Positions 32,609-43,461 of a stretch of DNA of 64,000 nucleotides are shown here, piece after piece. The notes below the pieces were generated by a model. The model was not told where the DNA came from. It worked only from the letters and a program-made list of their open reading frames with translations, and did no database searches. Location of the stretch: contig CAWBMV010000035.1 of the NCBI GenBank assembly GCA_963789955.1, positions 8,512 to 72,511 on the forward strand, read 5' to 3'. Numbering within the stretch: position 1 is the first letter of the stretch; each line of letters begins with the position of its first letter. This DNA is from an uncultured Candidatus Rokubacteria bacterium. GTDB taxonomy: Bacteria > Methylomirabilota > Methylomirabilia > Rokubacteriales > CSP1-6. The position numbers and the translations under genes were made by a program.

Positions 32609-33588
32609 GCGGCGAGCCCGGCCGCCCCGCGCAGCCGTTCGAGGACCGCGAGCAGGGTGATCGATGCGGCGCACGGTCGGCGCGGCACGTCGCCGCCGCG
32701 GACCACCGCATGAAAATGCTCGATCATCTCCCGATACGGATCGGCGCCGGCGGTCACGATGGTCTCGGCCCGGCCGTCGCGGTGGCGGAGCGTCATCGCG
32801 GTGTCCGCGGGCCCCGGCGTGTACGCGCGATCGAGGACGACCGACGCTTCCGTGCCGACGATCTCGAGAAATTGACGCTCGGGCGCGTCGAACGAGCACT
32901 CGATCGTCGCGGTGAATCCATCGCCGAAGTCGAGCCAGCCGGAGAACGACGCGTCGACACCCGACTTCGCGAGCGTGGCGGACGCTTCGACTCGCGCGGG
33001 CGTGCGGCCCGCCGCCGCCAGGAGCGGCGCCAGACAATAGATGCCGACGTCGAGCAGCGCGCCTCCTCCCATCTCGGGACGCCAGCGATGGTCGTCCGGG
33101 CGGTCGAGCACGCCCGTGAAGGCGGCCCGCGCGAAGCGCAGCGCCCCCAGGCGGCCCGACGCGACGAGCGTGTCGAGCGCGATCGCCCGGGGATGGAACG
33201 GCGTCATGTAGGCCTCGCACAGCGCGACCCCCGCGCCCTCGCACGCCGCCGCCATCGCCTCGGCATCGGCCACCGTCGGCGCCAGCGGCTTCTCGCAGAG
33301 CACGTGCTTGCCGGCGGCCGCGGCGCGGACGACCCACGCGCGATGCAGGCTGTTCGGCAGCGGCACGTAGACCGCCTCGACCTCGGGATCGTCGAGCACG
33401 GCGTCGTAGGCTCGGTGGGCGCGCAGGGGCTCGAACCAGCCGGCGCCGCCGTCGGCGGCGCTCTCGCTCGCGACCGCGACGAGGCGCGCGCCCGGGCTCG
33501 CGACGATCGCGGGCAGCACCGCCTTCTGGGCGACCTGCGACGTGGCGCCGATCACACCCCAGCCGACCGGCAGCGCCGGGGCGGGCAC
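32605..33588 (-). CDS. Gfo/Idh/MocA family oxidoreductase
   Basis: EAVYVPLPNSLH, GKHVLCEKPLA, GGGALLDVGIY. Confidence 0.92.
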   Translation of the reverse strand: MPAPALPVGWGVIGATSQVAQKAVLPAIVASPGARLVAVASESAADGGAGWFEPLRAHRAYDAVLDDPEVEAVYVPLPNSLHRAWVVRAAAAGKHVLCEKPLAPTVADAEAMAAACEGAGVALCEAYMTPFHPRAIALDTLVASGRLGALRFARAAFTGVLDRPDDHRWRPEMGGGALLDVGIYCLAPLLAAAGRTPARVEASATLAKSGVDASFSGWLDFGDGFTATIECSFDAPERQFLEIVGTEASVVLDRAYTPGPADTAMTLRHRDGRAETIVTAGADPYREMIEHFHAVVRGGDVPRRPCAASITLLAVLERLRGAAGLAA

Positions 33589-33589
33589 G

Positions 33590-35263
33590 TCAGCTCCCGT
33601 CGTCCTCGATCACGACGGGCGCGCCGCCCGCGCGTGCTCGACCGCTGCGCGGCTTCGAGGACGCCGATGACGCGCCGGACCGACGCCGGGGTGATCGCGA
33701 GGGGCTCGCCGAGGTGGAGGTGATCGGCGAGGTTACGGTGAAAGGCGAACGGCTGATCGACGGCCGGCGGCAGCCGGGTCTCGCTGATCCCGTAGCCGCT
33801 CTCGTAGCGCGCCAGCACCAGCTCGGCCGGCGCCTCGGCGTGATGCGGCTGCGTGGCCACGTAGCCGCGGCCGGGCTCGATCGCCTCGAGCGTGATCGTG
33901 CGGTACGAGCCGACGAGCGTGCCGGCGGTGCCTTGCACGTAGAACTTGGGCCGGCGCACCGCGGCGATGTCGCTCTGAAGGAACTCGGCCTCGCGACCGT
34001 CGGGCCATATCATGCGGACCCGAATCTGATCGTGATTGGTCACGTCGTGCCAGACGCGCTTGTGACCGTGCGCCTGCACGACGCGCGGCGCGCCCCGAGA
34101 TGAGCTGGAGCACCCAGTCGACGTGGTGCGAGCCCCAGTCGTAGCCGGCGCCGCCGGAGACCGCGGTGTCCGAGTGCCACGTGCGGCAGGGATGGGCGTA
34201 GCCGCCCACGAAGGTCTCGACGTTGAAGATCTCGCCGAGGAGCCCGGCGCCGACGGCGCGGCGCAGCGCGACGAAGTCGGGATCCCACCGCCGGTTCTGG
34301 TGGACCGTCAGCATGCGCCGGCTCGACGCCGCGGTGGCGATGATCTGGTCCGCCTCCGCGACCGTCAGGCAGAGCGGCTTCTCGCAGGCCACGTGCTTGC
34401 CCGCGCGCAGCAAGGTGAGGGTCAGCGCGACGTGGTGCGCCGGCGGCGTCGCGACCAGCGCCACCTCGACGTCGTCGTCGCTGACGAGCTCGCTCACCGA
34501 CGCGTACGTCCGCACGCCCGGGAAGTCCGTCTCGGCGGCCTTGCGCCGCTCGACGTTCGGATCGACCACGGCGACGAGCTCGAGCCCGTCGGTCGCCGTC
34601 ACCCCGAGCCCGTGGTGATAGCCCATGCCGCCGAGCGGGCCGTAGCCGACGATGCCCACGCCGATGTTGCGCCCGCAGCAGTGCAAGTCGGGACGCAGCG
34701 CGCGCCCGAGCAGCTGGGCGAGCTCGGGGTTGCCGCAGCGCCGCGTCGGTGTTCCCGAGCCCGCACGCCACCACGCGGCCGGCGCCGCGAGACGTCTCGA
34801 CCACGGCGGCGAGGTCACGCAGCGCGACGCTCACGTCGACGATGACCTTGCCGTCCGCGATCGGGATCAGCGGCACGAACCCGTCGACGAGCGCGAACTC
34901 GCGCGTGACGCGGGCCGAGATGTGGGAGTGTGCGTCCGTGACCCTCGCGTAGTACTCGCCCGGCGGCGGCTCCGGACCCGCCACCGCGCCGAGCAGCTCA
35001 GCCCAGAAGCCGTCGCGCTCGACCGGCGCGCCGCCGATCGCGACCAGTGCCATGCCGCGCTCGACCGCCGCACGGATCGCGGCGAGGAATTGCAAGGGCT
35101 GGGCGGGCTGCGGCCCGTCCACGACGATCGCGTCGCATTCGGACATGTCCGGCGCCGGATCGCCGGGCGTGACGAATTGGGGCTCGCCGAGCTCTCGCGT
35201 CAGAGCCCGGAACGCGGCGCGACGATTCTCCGTGAGACGCGAGGACAGGACCAGGATGTGCAT
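33590..35263 (-). CDS. ThuA-like domain fused to a Gfo/Idh/MocA oxidoreductase (frameshifts near 34730, 34095, 33630)
   Basis: N-terminal domain ends GAGRVVACGLGN; then VGIVGYG, VATPPAHH, GKHVACEKPL, HQNRRWD, YDWGSHHVD. Confidence 0.78.
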
Positions 35264-35269
35264 GGCGGC

Positions 35270-36728
35270 CTAGAAATGCATCACCTCGGCCGCGTGGTCG
35301 AACACATCCTGGATGCGGCCGTGCGAGATCGCGCTTGCCTGCACGGCCGCCACCAGGTGGCGCCAGCGCAGCGACGGACGGGTCGCGTAGAACTCCTCGT
35401 ACGTCGCCTGATGGTGCTTGAAGGCATGCATCTCGGTGAAGTTGTCGCGACAGGCGATCTTGGCCAGCACGTCGATCAACGCCTCCGGTGCATAGCCGTT
35501 GTCGGCGTACTGCTGCGCGAGCGCGGCCGCGTGCTTGACCTCGTCGGTCGAGCGCCAGCTGGCGAGACCCGCCGTCGGCAGCCGCTCGCCGACCGGGCAG
35601 ACTGCTGATGAGGCTCTCGAGCTCCTCGAGCAGCTGGTCTTGCGTGCGGGCCGACAACGCCGCCACGCGCTCGGGCTCGGGCTGGACGTCCGACGCGAGC
35701 ATGCGCTGCGCCATCCGCACCTCCGGCCCCGTGTTCCAGGTCAGCAGCGCCTGCAGCTTGATTCGCCGCGAGAGCTCCGGCTGCCGCAGCAGATAGCGCC
35801 GGGTGTTGGCGCCGGTGTTGATGTGCACGTCCATCGGGTTGCCGGTCTTCGAGCGCAGGAAGAGCGTGGATCCGCCGACCGACAGGGCTTCGCCGGCGCC
35901 CTCGAGCGACAGGCCGCCGCCGAGCGCCCGCGCCAGCATCTCCGGGATCTCGCCGAACTCGGTGCAGCGCCCGATCTCGTCGGCCAGCGCCGTGATCGCG
36001 GCGGTCTCGTCGTCGCCCGTCTTCGCGCGCAGATCGCGCTCGAGCAGCTCGTGCTTCCGGATCAGCTCGTCGACGTCGAGCATCATCGCGGGATTCGTCG
36101 GACGCGTGATGTAGCGCACCGGCGCCCGGCCGATGTACTTCGCGTAGTCCCAGCCGAAGTATTCGAGGGCCCGCACCGTGAACACCGGGAACAGGAAGTA
36201 GTGGTCGTCGAGCTGGTTCTTCGGCACGCCGACCTCGAGCAGGAGCTCGAGAATCTGCATCGGCGAGAGGCGATCGAGCAGGTACAGGAAGTAGTGATCG
36301 CAGGCGTTGTAGACCCCGCGGCTCACGGCGGTCCGGAACGCCTTCACCGTCGCCTCGACGTCGTCGTTCTCCGAGACGGGCTTCGCGTCGGCGAGCACGT
36401 AGGGGCCCATCGCCGGCGAGTGGATGTGCTTGTTCGCGACCGCGACGTTCTGGATGACCGGCAGCATCGCGTACTCACCGGAGAGCCGGGCCGAGATGTG
36501 GTGGACGGCGTGCAGCCCGCAGAGCGGGTGGACCGGGCCGCCGTGATGGCCGGGCGGCAGATCCGAGGAGCGCACGACCGCCAGCGCCGAGGCGAGGAGC
36601 ATGTCCTTCACCGTCGTGCCGGCGCCGAGCCTGTCGTGGGTCGCGGCCACAATGCGGTCGGGCGTCGTCTCCTCGACGAACTGCACCAGCGGCTCGATGT
36701 GCTCTGGAAAGCGAACACGTTGGGCCAT
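35270..36728 (-). CDS. hypothetical helical His-rich protein (~480 aa), frameshift near 35600
   Basis: Clean coding signal, tightly coupled to neighbours; His motifs GHHGGPVHP, LDDHYF, PMDVHINT, FTEMHAFKHH. Confidence 0.8.
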
Positions 36729-36744
36729 GACACGATCCTCCCGG

Positions 36745-37671
36745 TTACCTGAGCGTTGCGCCGGCGGGCGAAGCTGCCGCGAGGGCCTCTCGCACGAAGG
36801 CGGGTTCGAAGATCCGGTCAGCCATCACCTGACAGCGCTTCATCAGCCGGTGCTCGTCCGGCCGGTAGTCGGCGACCGCGTTGTGAAGCGTACCGATGTG
36901 ATCCCACATCAGCACGTCACCTTCGGTCCAGCGGTGCGTGAACTGATACTTCGGCTGCAGCTGGTGCGCGAACAAGGTCTCGAGCACCCGATCGCTCTCG
37001 GCCTCGTCGAGCTCGTTGATGCGGATCGCGTAGCCGGGGTTGCAGTAGAGCACGCGCCGGCCCGTGATCGGATGCGTGAGAAACAGCGGATGCACGGACG
37101 GCGGACGACGCCGGCGCTGCTCCGCGGTGAGCGGCCCCCGCAGGCTGCCGGGGCGGCGCCGCATGTTCTCCCAGAACTTGTTGAAGTCGTGGGTGGCCGT
37201 CGCGTTCGCGAGCCTGGCTTTCAGCTCGGGCGCCAGATCCTCGTACGCGGCCTGCGTGTTCGCGAACATCGTGGCGCCGAGCACCTGCCCGTCTCGGCGC
37301 GGCACCTTGACCGCGTAGAGCACGTTCAGGAACCCGATCGTCTCGTTGTAGGACATGTCGGTGTGCCAGTCCTGCCCCGCGTCGGTGATGCCGATCGGCT
37401 CGCCGTTCTCGATGATGTTCGAGAGATAGCCGACCTCGGGCATGCCGGGCTCGTGGTGCCGGCCGGTGAGCGTGGCCTGGATCTGGCCGAAGCGCCGGGA
37501 GAAGTCTCGTAGCTGGACGGCCTCGAGCTTTTGGCCGGGAAAGCGCAGCACGCCGTGCCGGCCGAGACCTTCCAGAATCGTCGCGAAGTCCGCGTCGCTC
37601 AAGGGTTTCGCGAGGTCCATCCCCCGGACCGTCGCACCCAGGATCTGCCCGCTCGGCTCGATGGCCGTCAT
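36745..37671 (-). CDS. TauD/TfdA family Fe(II)/2-oxoglutarate dioxygenase
   Basis: WHTDMSY, GATMFAN, HPLFLTHPITGR, WDHIGTLH, R. Confidence 0.93.
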   Translation of the reverse strand: MTAIEPSGQILGATVRGMDLAKPLSDADFATILEGLGRHGVLRFPGQKLEAVQLRDFSRRFGQIQATLTGRHHEPGMPEVGYLSNIIENGEPIGITDAGQDWHTDMSYNETIGFLNVLYAVKVPRRDGQVLGATMFANTQAAYEDLAPELKARLANATATHDFNKFWENMRRRPGSLRGPLTAEQRRRRPPSVHPLFLTHPITGRRVLYCNPGYAIRINELDEAESDRVLETLFAHQLQPKYQFTHRWTEGDVLMWDHIGTLHNAVADYRPDEHRLMKRCQVMADRIFEPAFVREALAAASPAGATLR

Positions 37672-37746
37672 GCCATCCTCCTCACCGCTTGGCGGGATTA
37701 TACTGCGCCGAGTTCGCTAACGTGTCGCGCACCAGGAGGAAGCCCG

Positions 37747-38844
37747 ATGGAGATGCAGGCCGCCGTCTTTCGCAAGGTCCACGAGCCGTTGACGATCGAG
37801 TCCGTCGAGATCGACAAGCCCTGGGGCCGCGAGGTCCTGGTTCGCACCGCCGCCACCGGCGTCTGCCACAGCGATCTGCACGTTGTCGACGGTTTCGGCC
37901 GGTTTCCGCTGGATCGCCCGATCGTGCTCGGCCACGAGGGCTCCGGCGTCGTCGAGGCGGTCGGCGCCGACGTGACGACGGTGCGACCGGGCGACCACGT
38001 GGTGGCCTGCCTCTCGGGCTTCTGCGGCACCTGCGAGCAATGCCTGGGCGGCCACCCGAATCTCTGCGTCGCCGGGTTTGTCACTCGGGCTGACTCGAGC
38101 GCCCCACGTCTTTCGCAGAAAGGCGCTCCGGTGCGGCAGTTCATCGGCATCTCGAGCTACGCCGAGCGGATGCTGCTCCACGAGAACTCGATCGTGAAGA
38201 TCGATCCCGACCTCCCGCTCGACCGCGCGGCGCTCGTCGGGTGCGGCGTGCTCACCGGCGTGGGAGCCGCGCTGCGGTCCGCCGGGCTCGAGGCCGGGCA
38301 AACCGTCGCCGTCTTCGGCTGCGGCGGGGTGGGGCTGTCGATCGTGCAGGGCGCGCGGATCGGCGGCGCCAGCCAGATCATCGGCGTCGACGTCTTCGAC
38401 GGAAAGCTCGAGATGGCCAAGCGCGTGGGCGCCACGCACGTCGTGAACAGCTCGAAGGACGATCCCGTCAAGGCGGTGCGCTCGCTCACGCGCGGCGCGG
38501 GAGTCGATCACGCCTTCGAGGCGGTCGGCAACACCACGCTCGTCCGCCAGGCGATCGAAAGCCTCGCCATCCGGGGCACGGCCACGATCGTGGGTGTCAT
38601 GCCCCCGGACGCGAAGATCGAGTTTCCGTGGATGGCGATTCGGCCGGAGTGCAAGGTGCAGACCTCGCGCATGGGCAGCAACCGGTTCCGCACGGACATT
38701 CCGCGCTACCTGGAGTTCTATCGCCAGGGCCGCCTGATGCTGGACGAGATGGTCAGCCGTCGCGGCCGGCTCAGCGACATCAACGAAGCGTTCCGCGCGA
38801 TGAAGGCGGGCGAGGTCGCGCGGTCCGTTCTCATGTTCAATTAG
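37747..38844 (+). CDS. Zn-dependent alcohol dehydrogenase
   Basis: GVCHSDLH, LGHEGSG, CGTCEQC...C, GCGGVG. Confidence 0.93.
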   Translation: MEMQAAVFRKVHEPLTIESVEIDKPWGREVLVRTAATGVCHSDLHVVDGFGRFPLDRPIVLGHEGSGVVEAVGADVTTVRPGDHVVACLSGFCGTCEQCLGGHPNLCVAGFVTRADSSAPRLSQKGAPVRQFIGISSYAERMLLHENSIVKIDPDLPLDRAALVGCGVLTGVGAALRSAGLEAGQTVAVFGCGGVGLSIVQGARIGGASQIIGVDVFDGKLEMAKRVGATHVVNSSKDDPVKAVRSLTRGAGVDHAFEAVGNTTLVRQAIESLAIRGTATIVGVMPPDAKIEFPWMAIRPECKVQTSRMGSNRFRTDIPRYLEFYRQGRLMLDEMVSRRGRLSDINEAFRAMKAGEVARSVLMFN

Positions 38845-38891
38845 CCGGCGATCCTCGGAGCCAGAGGCCCCGCGGCATCAGGAACGCAGCG

Positions 38892-39929
38892 ATGATCGTC
38901 GACATGCACGCGCACATCATTCCGGAGAATTTCCCGCCGGCGGGGACGCGCCCGAGCGCGTGGTCGTGGCCGTCGATGGATCATTTCGAGGCCGGGCGGG
39001 CGCGCGTGATGATCGGCGGCGAAAACTATCGCACCGTGCACGACGGCAACTGGAGCGTCGAGCGCCGGCTGCGGGACATGAAGGCTCAGAGCGTCGACGT
39101 CGAGGTGATCTCGCCGATGCCCGAGCTGTGCGCCTACTGGTTCACGGCGGCGGACGCGCTCGACTTCTGCCGCTACACCAACGACGTGATCGTCCGCATG
39201 TGCGCGGCGGCGCCCGGCCGCTTCATCGGCCTCGGGATCGTGCCGCTCCAGGATCCGGAGATGGCCGCGAAGGAGCTGGCTCACATCAAGAGTCTCGGCT
39301 TCCCCGGCGTCGAGCTCGGATCGAACGTGAATGGCCAGTCGCTGGGCATGGCGGAGTTTCAAGGATTCTTCCAGGAAGCCGAACGGCTCGGCGTCGCGGT
39401 CTTCGTGCACGCGCTGCGGCCGACGATGATGGACCGCTTTCCCACGAAGGCGCTCTTCAATCCGGTCGGCTACCCGACCGACACGAGCCTGAGCATCGCG
39501 TCGATGATCGACGGCGGCACCGCCGAGAAGTGCCCGAGCTTGAGGATCGCGTTCAGCCACGGCGGCGGCACGTTTCCGTTCCTGCTGCCGCGCTACAACC
39601 ATCACTGGAGCGGCACGTGGAACGAGGAGACGCCCGTTCCGGGCCGCGGCGCGGCGGCGCCGGACGCGCTGCCGCGCTCGCCGGCCGAGTACGCGCGCCG
39701 CTTCTACTACGACACGTTGCTCTTCGACCGGCGGGCGCTGCGCTACCTGATCGACATGGTCGGCGCCGGACAGATTCTCGTCGGCACGGACTACCCCTAC
39801 ATGGCGCCCGAGCTACCGGTGGACAAGACGCTTCGGACCTTGAATCTGCCGCCGGACGTTCACGCGGACATCACCTGGAACAACTGCTTCCGTTTCCTCG
39901 GGATGACGCCGCCGAGCCTCTCCAAGTAG
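38892..39929 (+). CDS. amidohydrolase_2 family protein (ACMSD-like decarboxylase)
   Basis: DMHAHIIP, VPLQDP, FVHAL, SHGGGTFP, FYYDT, VGTDYPY. Confidence 0.88.
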   Translation: MIVDMHAHIIPENFPPAGTRPSAWSWPSMDHFEAGRARVMIGGENYRTVHDGNWSVERRLRDMKAQSVDVEVISPMPELCAYWFTAADALDFCRYTNDVIVRMCAAAPGRFIGLGIVPLQDPEMAAKELAHIKSLGFPGVELGSNVNGQSLGMAEFQGFFQEAERLGVAVFVHALRPTMMDRFPTKALFNPVGYPTDTSLSIASMIDGGTAEKCPSLRIAFSHGGGTFPFLLPRYNHHWSGTWNEETPVPGRGAAAPDALPRSPAEYARRFYYDTLLFDRRALRYLIDMVGAGQILVGTDYPYMAPELPVDKTLRTLNLPPDVHADITWNNCFRFLGMTPPSLSK

Positions 39930-39972
39930 CCATCGCGACGCGTTGCGCGCGCCTCGCCGAGCGGAGGAGTCG

Positions 39973-41145
39973 ATGCTGAAGGTCACCCAGAATCTGATGC
40001 TGCCGACCGCCATCACCGGGTCGTATCCGCGGCCGCTCTGGTTCACCGAGAGCCTGCATGGACGGTCGTTCAAGTCGGCGCTCGGCGACTCGATCTTTCG
40101 CGAGCAGTATCTGGACGCGGTCGCGTGCGTCGTCAACGCTCAGGAAGCCGCCGGGCTCGACATCGTGACCGACGGCGACACGCGGTTCGATCTCGCCGTC
40201 GGCGGCAAGTCGTGGTTCTTCTACCCGATCGAGCGCCTGGGCGGCATCGAAGGCCACCGCGACACCTCGCGCGGCTGGATGGCTCGGCACGGCCTGCGAC
40301 CCGGCCGCATCCTCTGGGAAGTGCAAGAGGCGTATCAGCCCGGGGTGGTCCGGGAAAAGCTGACCCGCGGCCCCCTGGAATACACCGCGCTCTGGAAGAC
40401 GGCGCAGCGGCTGACCGACAAGCCGATGAAGTTCGGCGCGATCTGCGCGCCCGCGCTGGCCAGCATGCTCTGGGACGAGCACTATCGTGACGAGAAGGCG
40501 CTGATCAACGACCTCTGCGACATCATGAACGCCGAGTTCCGCGAGCTCGCGGCCGCCGGCTGTCCCCTCATTCAGGTGGAAGAGCCGCCGCACCACGGTC
40601 GCACGACGCGCCCGGACTGCACCGACGCCGATCTCGAGTTTTTCACGCAGGCCTTCAATCGCCAGCTGAAAGGAGTCGACTCCGAGATCTGGGTCCACAC
40701 CTGCTGGGGCAACCCGAATCAGCAGCGCGTGTACTGGGAGCCGCCGAGCTACGAGCGGGCGCTCCCCCATCTGCTCCAGCTCGACGGCGACGTGATCACG
40801 TTCGAGTGCGCCAGCTCGGACGGCCGCGATCTTCACCTCTTCGGCAAGTATCGAACCGACAAGAAGATCGGGATCGGCGTCGTGAACCACTGCAACACGG
40901 TCGTCGAGCCGCCCGAGCACGTGGCGCGGTTGATCCGGAAGGCGTTGGAGTACATCCCGCCGGAGCGGCTCGTGATCACGACCGACTGCGGCTTCGGACG
41001 CGAGGGGCTCAGCCGCCGGATCGCGTACTACAAGTGCGTGGCGCTGGTCGAGGGCACCAACATCGTCCGGCGCGAGCTCGGTCTGCCCGAGGCGCGCGTG
41101 CGCGCCGCCGACCCACGGCTCTGGTTCGCCAGCGGGCCCGAGTAG
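39973..41145 (+). CDS. cobalamin-independent methionine synthase II family protein
   Basis: TGSYPRP, AGLDIVTDGD, HTCWGN, TDCGFG. Confidence 0.88.
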   Translation: MLKVTQNLMLPTAITGSYPRPLWFTESLHGRSFKSALGDSIFREQYLDAVACVVNAQEAAGLDIVTDGDTRFDLAVGGKSWFFYPIERLGGIEGHRDTSRGWMARHGLRPGRILWEVQEAYQPGVVREKLTRGPLEYTALWKTAQRLTDKPMKFGAICAPALASMLWDEHYRDEKALINDLCDIMNAEFRELAAAGCPLIQVEEPPHHGRTTRPDCTDADLEFFTQAFNRQLKGVDSEIWVHTCWGNPNQQRVYWEPPSYERALPHLLQLDGDVITFECASSDGRDLHLFGKYRTDKKIGIGVVNHCNTVVEPPEHVARLIRKALEYIPPERLVITTDCGFGREGLSRRIAYYKCVALVEGTNIVRRELGLPEARVRAADPRLWFASGPE

Positions 41146-41190
41146 TCCTGCCTTGCATCGGTCTGGGTGGCGCAGCCGGGAAACGCGGCC

Positions 41191-41757
41191 CTACTCGACG
41201 TACAACTGGCCTGCGACCACGCGGGTTCCGTCCGGGGCACGGCGCAGCACGACGAACTCGCCCATACGGATGTTGAGTCCGGTCAGATCCGTCACGACAC
41301 TGCCGTGAGTGACGACAACGAGCGGCGCTCCGCCCTGGTACGCGTCGATGACTTTTCGCGTCTCGGCCAGGCGGCGTTGGCGGAGCTCGGTGTCGTTGAG
41401 CGCGCCCTGAAGCACATCCCACGGCTCGACCCGGCCGAAGGCGAGGCGCGCCGTGTCCAGGCAGCGGCAGCGCGGGCTCGAGAGGACCCTGGCCACGGCG
41501 ATCGCGTGCTGGCGGAACGCCTCGCCGACCCGCCGCGCCTGAGCCCGGCCGTTCTCGTCCAGGTTGCGCTGGGTCGAGCAGTCCTCGAGCTTTGCATCGG
41601 GCGGATCGAAGCCGCCGGGAGCGTAGCTATGCCGCAGCACCACGACGCTGCCCGGCGCGCGCAGCGCATCCCACACCGACTCCGCGTGCGCGATCGACGC
41701 GAGGGCGACGCCGATCGCGACGATCAGCAGCACGACCACCCTCTGTCGTGCCTGCAT
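41191..41757 (-). CDS. secreted histidine phosphatase family protein
   Basis: Signal peptide; VLRHS, QRNL...GRAQA, SSPRCRCLDTA, VVTH. Confidence 0.85.
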   Translation of the reverse strand: MQARQRVVVLLIVAIGVALASIAHAESVWDALRAPGSVVVLRHSYAPGGFDPPDAKLEDCSTQRNLDENGRAQARRVGEAFRQHAIAVARVLSSPRCRCLDTARLAFGRVEPWDVLQGALNDTELRQRRLAETRKVIDAYQGGAPLVVVTHGSVVTDLTGLNIRMGEFVVLRRAPDGTRVVAGQLYVE

Positions 41758-41968
41758 GGCGGCTCCTGTCTGACGTTCTGGCAAGCTGATCTACCCCCGG
41801 TGGCCCTCGCGGCCGCCGGGCGCACCATCCCTGCTGCTAATTGCCGGACATTGCACCATATCTCGCCCGTCGCCGCTTCGGGCATTGGATGTGCAGACTT
41901 GCGTCAGCGCCCGCGGCCCGCGACCGAATCGCGGCCCCATCCAGGGCTCGCGGAAGGGAGGATCTCAA

Positions 41969-42538
41969 GTGAAGCACTTCTCACAGACCGCTCTCGTCCT
42001 GATGCTGGCGGCAGCGCCATTCCTCGCCGGATGCGCGATGACGCCGAACACGATGGCCGACTCCGGGTCGGCGCCTGCACCCGGCGGATCGAAGGGTGGA
42101 TCGATGGATGGAGGTCGCGCGGTCGGGTCTGCGGCCGGCGATCGTTCGGGCTCGAATGCGCAGGGCGCCGCCCGGCCCAACCCGAAGGAGTTCACCGCGA
42201 AGACGGACCTTCGGGACGTTCGCTTCGAGTTCGATTCCTACCAGATCCGTGCTGAAGACACGCAGGTTCTCGACCAGAACGCCGACATGATGAAGGCGAA
42301 CCCTGGTTGGATGGTGCTCATCGAAGGGCACGCCGATCAGCGCGGGACGACCGACTACAATCTCGCGCTCAGCGAGCGCCGGGCTCGCGCGTCGATGAAC
42401 TACCTCGTCTCCCGAGGCGTCCGGGCTAACCGGATCTCGGTCATCAGCTACGGCAAGGAACACCCGATCTGCGCGGAGGCCAGCGAGGATTGCTGGAGCC
42501 TGAATCGCCGAGCGCACTTCGCGGTCAAGGCGAAGTAA
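41969..42538 (+). CDS. pal: OmpA family peptidoglycan-associated lipoprotein
   Basis: Lipobox LAGC; FEFDS, IEGHADQRGTTDYNLALSERRA, ISYGKEHP, NRRAHF. Confidence 0.88.
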   Translation: MKHFSQTALVLMLAAAPFLAGCAMTPNTMADSGSAPAPGGSKGGSMDGGRAVGSAAGDRSGSNAQGAARPNPKEFTAKTDLRDVRFEFDSYQIRAEDTQVLDQNADMMKANPGWMVLIEGHADQRGTTDYNLALSERRARASMNYLVSRGVRANRISVISYGKEHPICAEASEDCWSLNRRAHFAVKAK

Positions 42539-42563
42539 CCCCTAACCCTAACCGTTCACGAAG

Positions 42564-42598
42564 AAGGAGGCGGCACGTGGCCGCCTCCTTTTTTGTTT
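42564..42598 (+). terminator. rho-independent terminator, possibly bidirectional
   Basis: AAGGAGGCGGC-ACGTG-GCCGCCTCCTT followed by TTTTGTTT, between convergent genes. Confidence 0.85.
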
Positions 42599-42613
42599 CA
42601 CCTTCCGTCCGGA

Positions 42614-43315
42614 CTATCGTCCCTGGAGTGAGACCGTCGTGAGCCGGCGGGGTGCGACGTTCGTATACGTCACGCTGCCGTCGCGCGCGACGTACTGCTG
42701 GATGCCGCCGCTGCCCTGCAGCTCCCACGCGAGCGGGGCGCCGTAGTAGCGCAGCACGCGCGCGACGTATTCCCGCGTCTCGGGATACGGCGGGATGCCG
42801 CGGAATGCCGCGACCGGCCTGTCACCGGCGTTGTAGGCGGCGATGGCCATCGGCAGGTCGTAGTGGAAGCGATCCATCATGCCGCGAAGATGCCGGGTGC
42901 CCGCGTGGATGTTTTCGCGCGGATTGAACATGTCGCGAACGCCCAGAATCGCGGCGGTCTCCGGCATCAGCTGCATCAGCCCGCGCGCGCCTTTCGGCGA
43001 CACGGCGCGAGCATCGAATCCCGACTCGACGCGGATGACGGCCCAGATGAGGCGCTCGGGCACCCCGTATCGCGCCGATGCTTCCGCGATCTCGCGGGAG
43101 TACAGGCCGTAGTCACTCGAAGCCGGACGCTGCGATTCCCGCGCGGGCACCGCGTACGCCACGCGTTGCACCGTAGGATTCGGCTGGATGTTCGTGAAAT
43201 AGGTGGTCCCGTCGGAGGCGGTCCGCTTGTAGACCTGTGCGGCCGCCGGCGTCGCCGTGGCCATCGCTGCGGCGACCGCGAGGAGTCCCAGGGACCGCGT
43301 TCCCAACCTGCTCAT
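42614..43315 (-). CDS. lytic transglycosylase (SLT domain) with DUF4124-like N-terminus
   Basis: Signal peptide; YKRTASDGTTYFTN; AVIRVESGF, SPKGARGLMQLMP, AAYNAG, ETREYV. Confidence 0.92.
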   Translation of the reverse strand: MSRLGTRSLGLLAVAAAMATATPAAAQVYKRTASDGTTYFTNIQPNPTVQRVAYAVPARESQRPASSDYGLYSREIAEASARYGVPERLIWAVIRVESGFDARAVSPKGARGLMQLMPETAAILGVRDMFNPRENIHAGTRHLRGMMDRFHYDLPMAIAAYNAGDRPVAAFRGIPPYPETREYVARVLRYYGAPLAWELQGSGGIQQYVARDGSVTYTNVAPRRLTTVSLQGR

Positions 43316-43461
43316 GCCAGGGTAATATGGCATATTCGATGCCGAGCGGAATATCGTTATGTTTCATATGGTTAGAACGAATCGACCGGAAACAGGCCTG
43401 GTGAGTTTCTGGCCGGACGGCTCATTCCCGGACACCCCATTGGGGGCCCGGTCGCTCCGGA

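Noticed and set aside
30584-33337. 917-aa ORF suggesting a giant glycosyltransferase-NlpC/P60 fusion
   Set aside because: The N-terminal part is an off-frame read of the Gfo gene and the read-through to NlpC is best explained by indels; MshA starts at 32608
42536-42553. TAACCC-like telomere-type repeats after the pal stop
   Set aside because: Only about three imperfect units; likely chance or slippage
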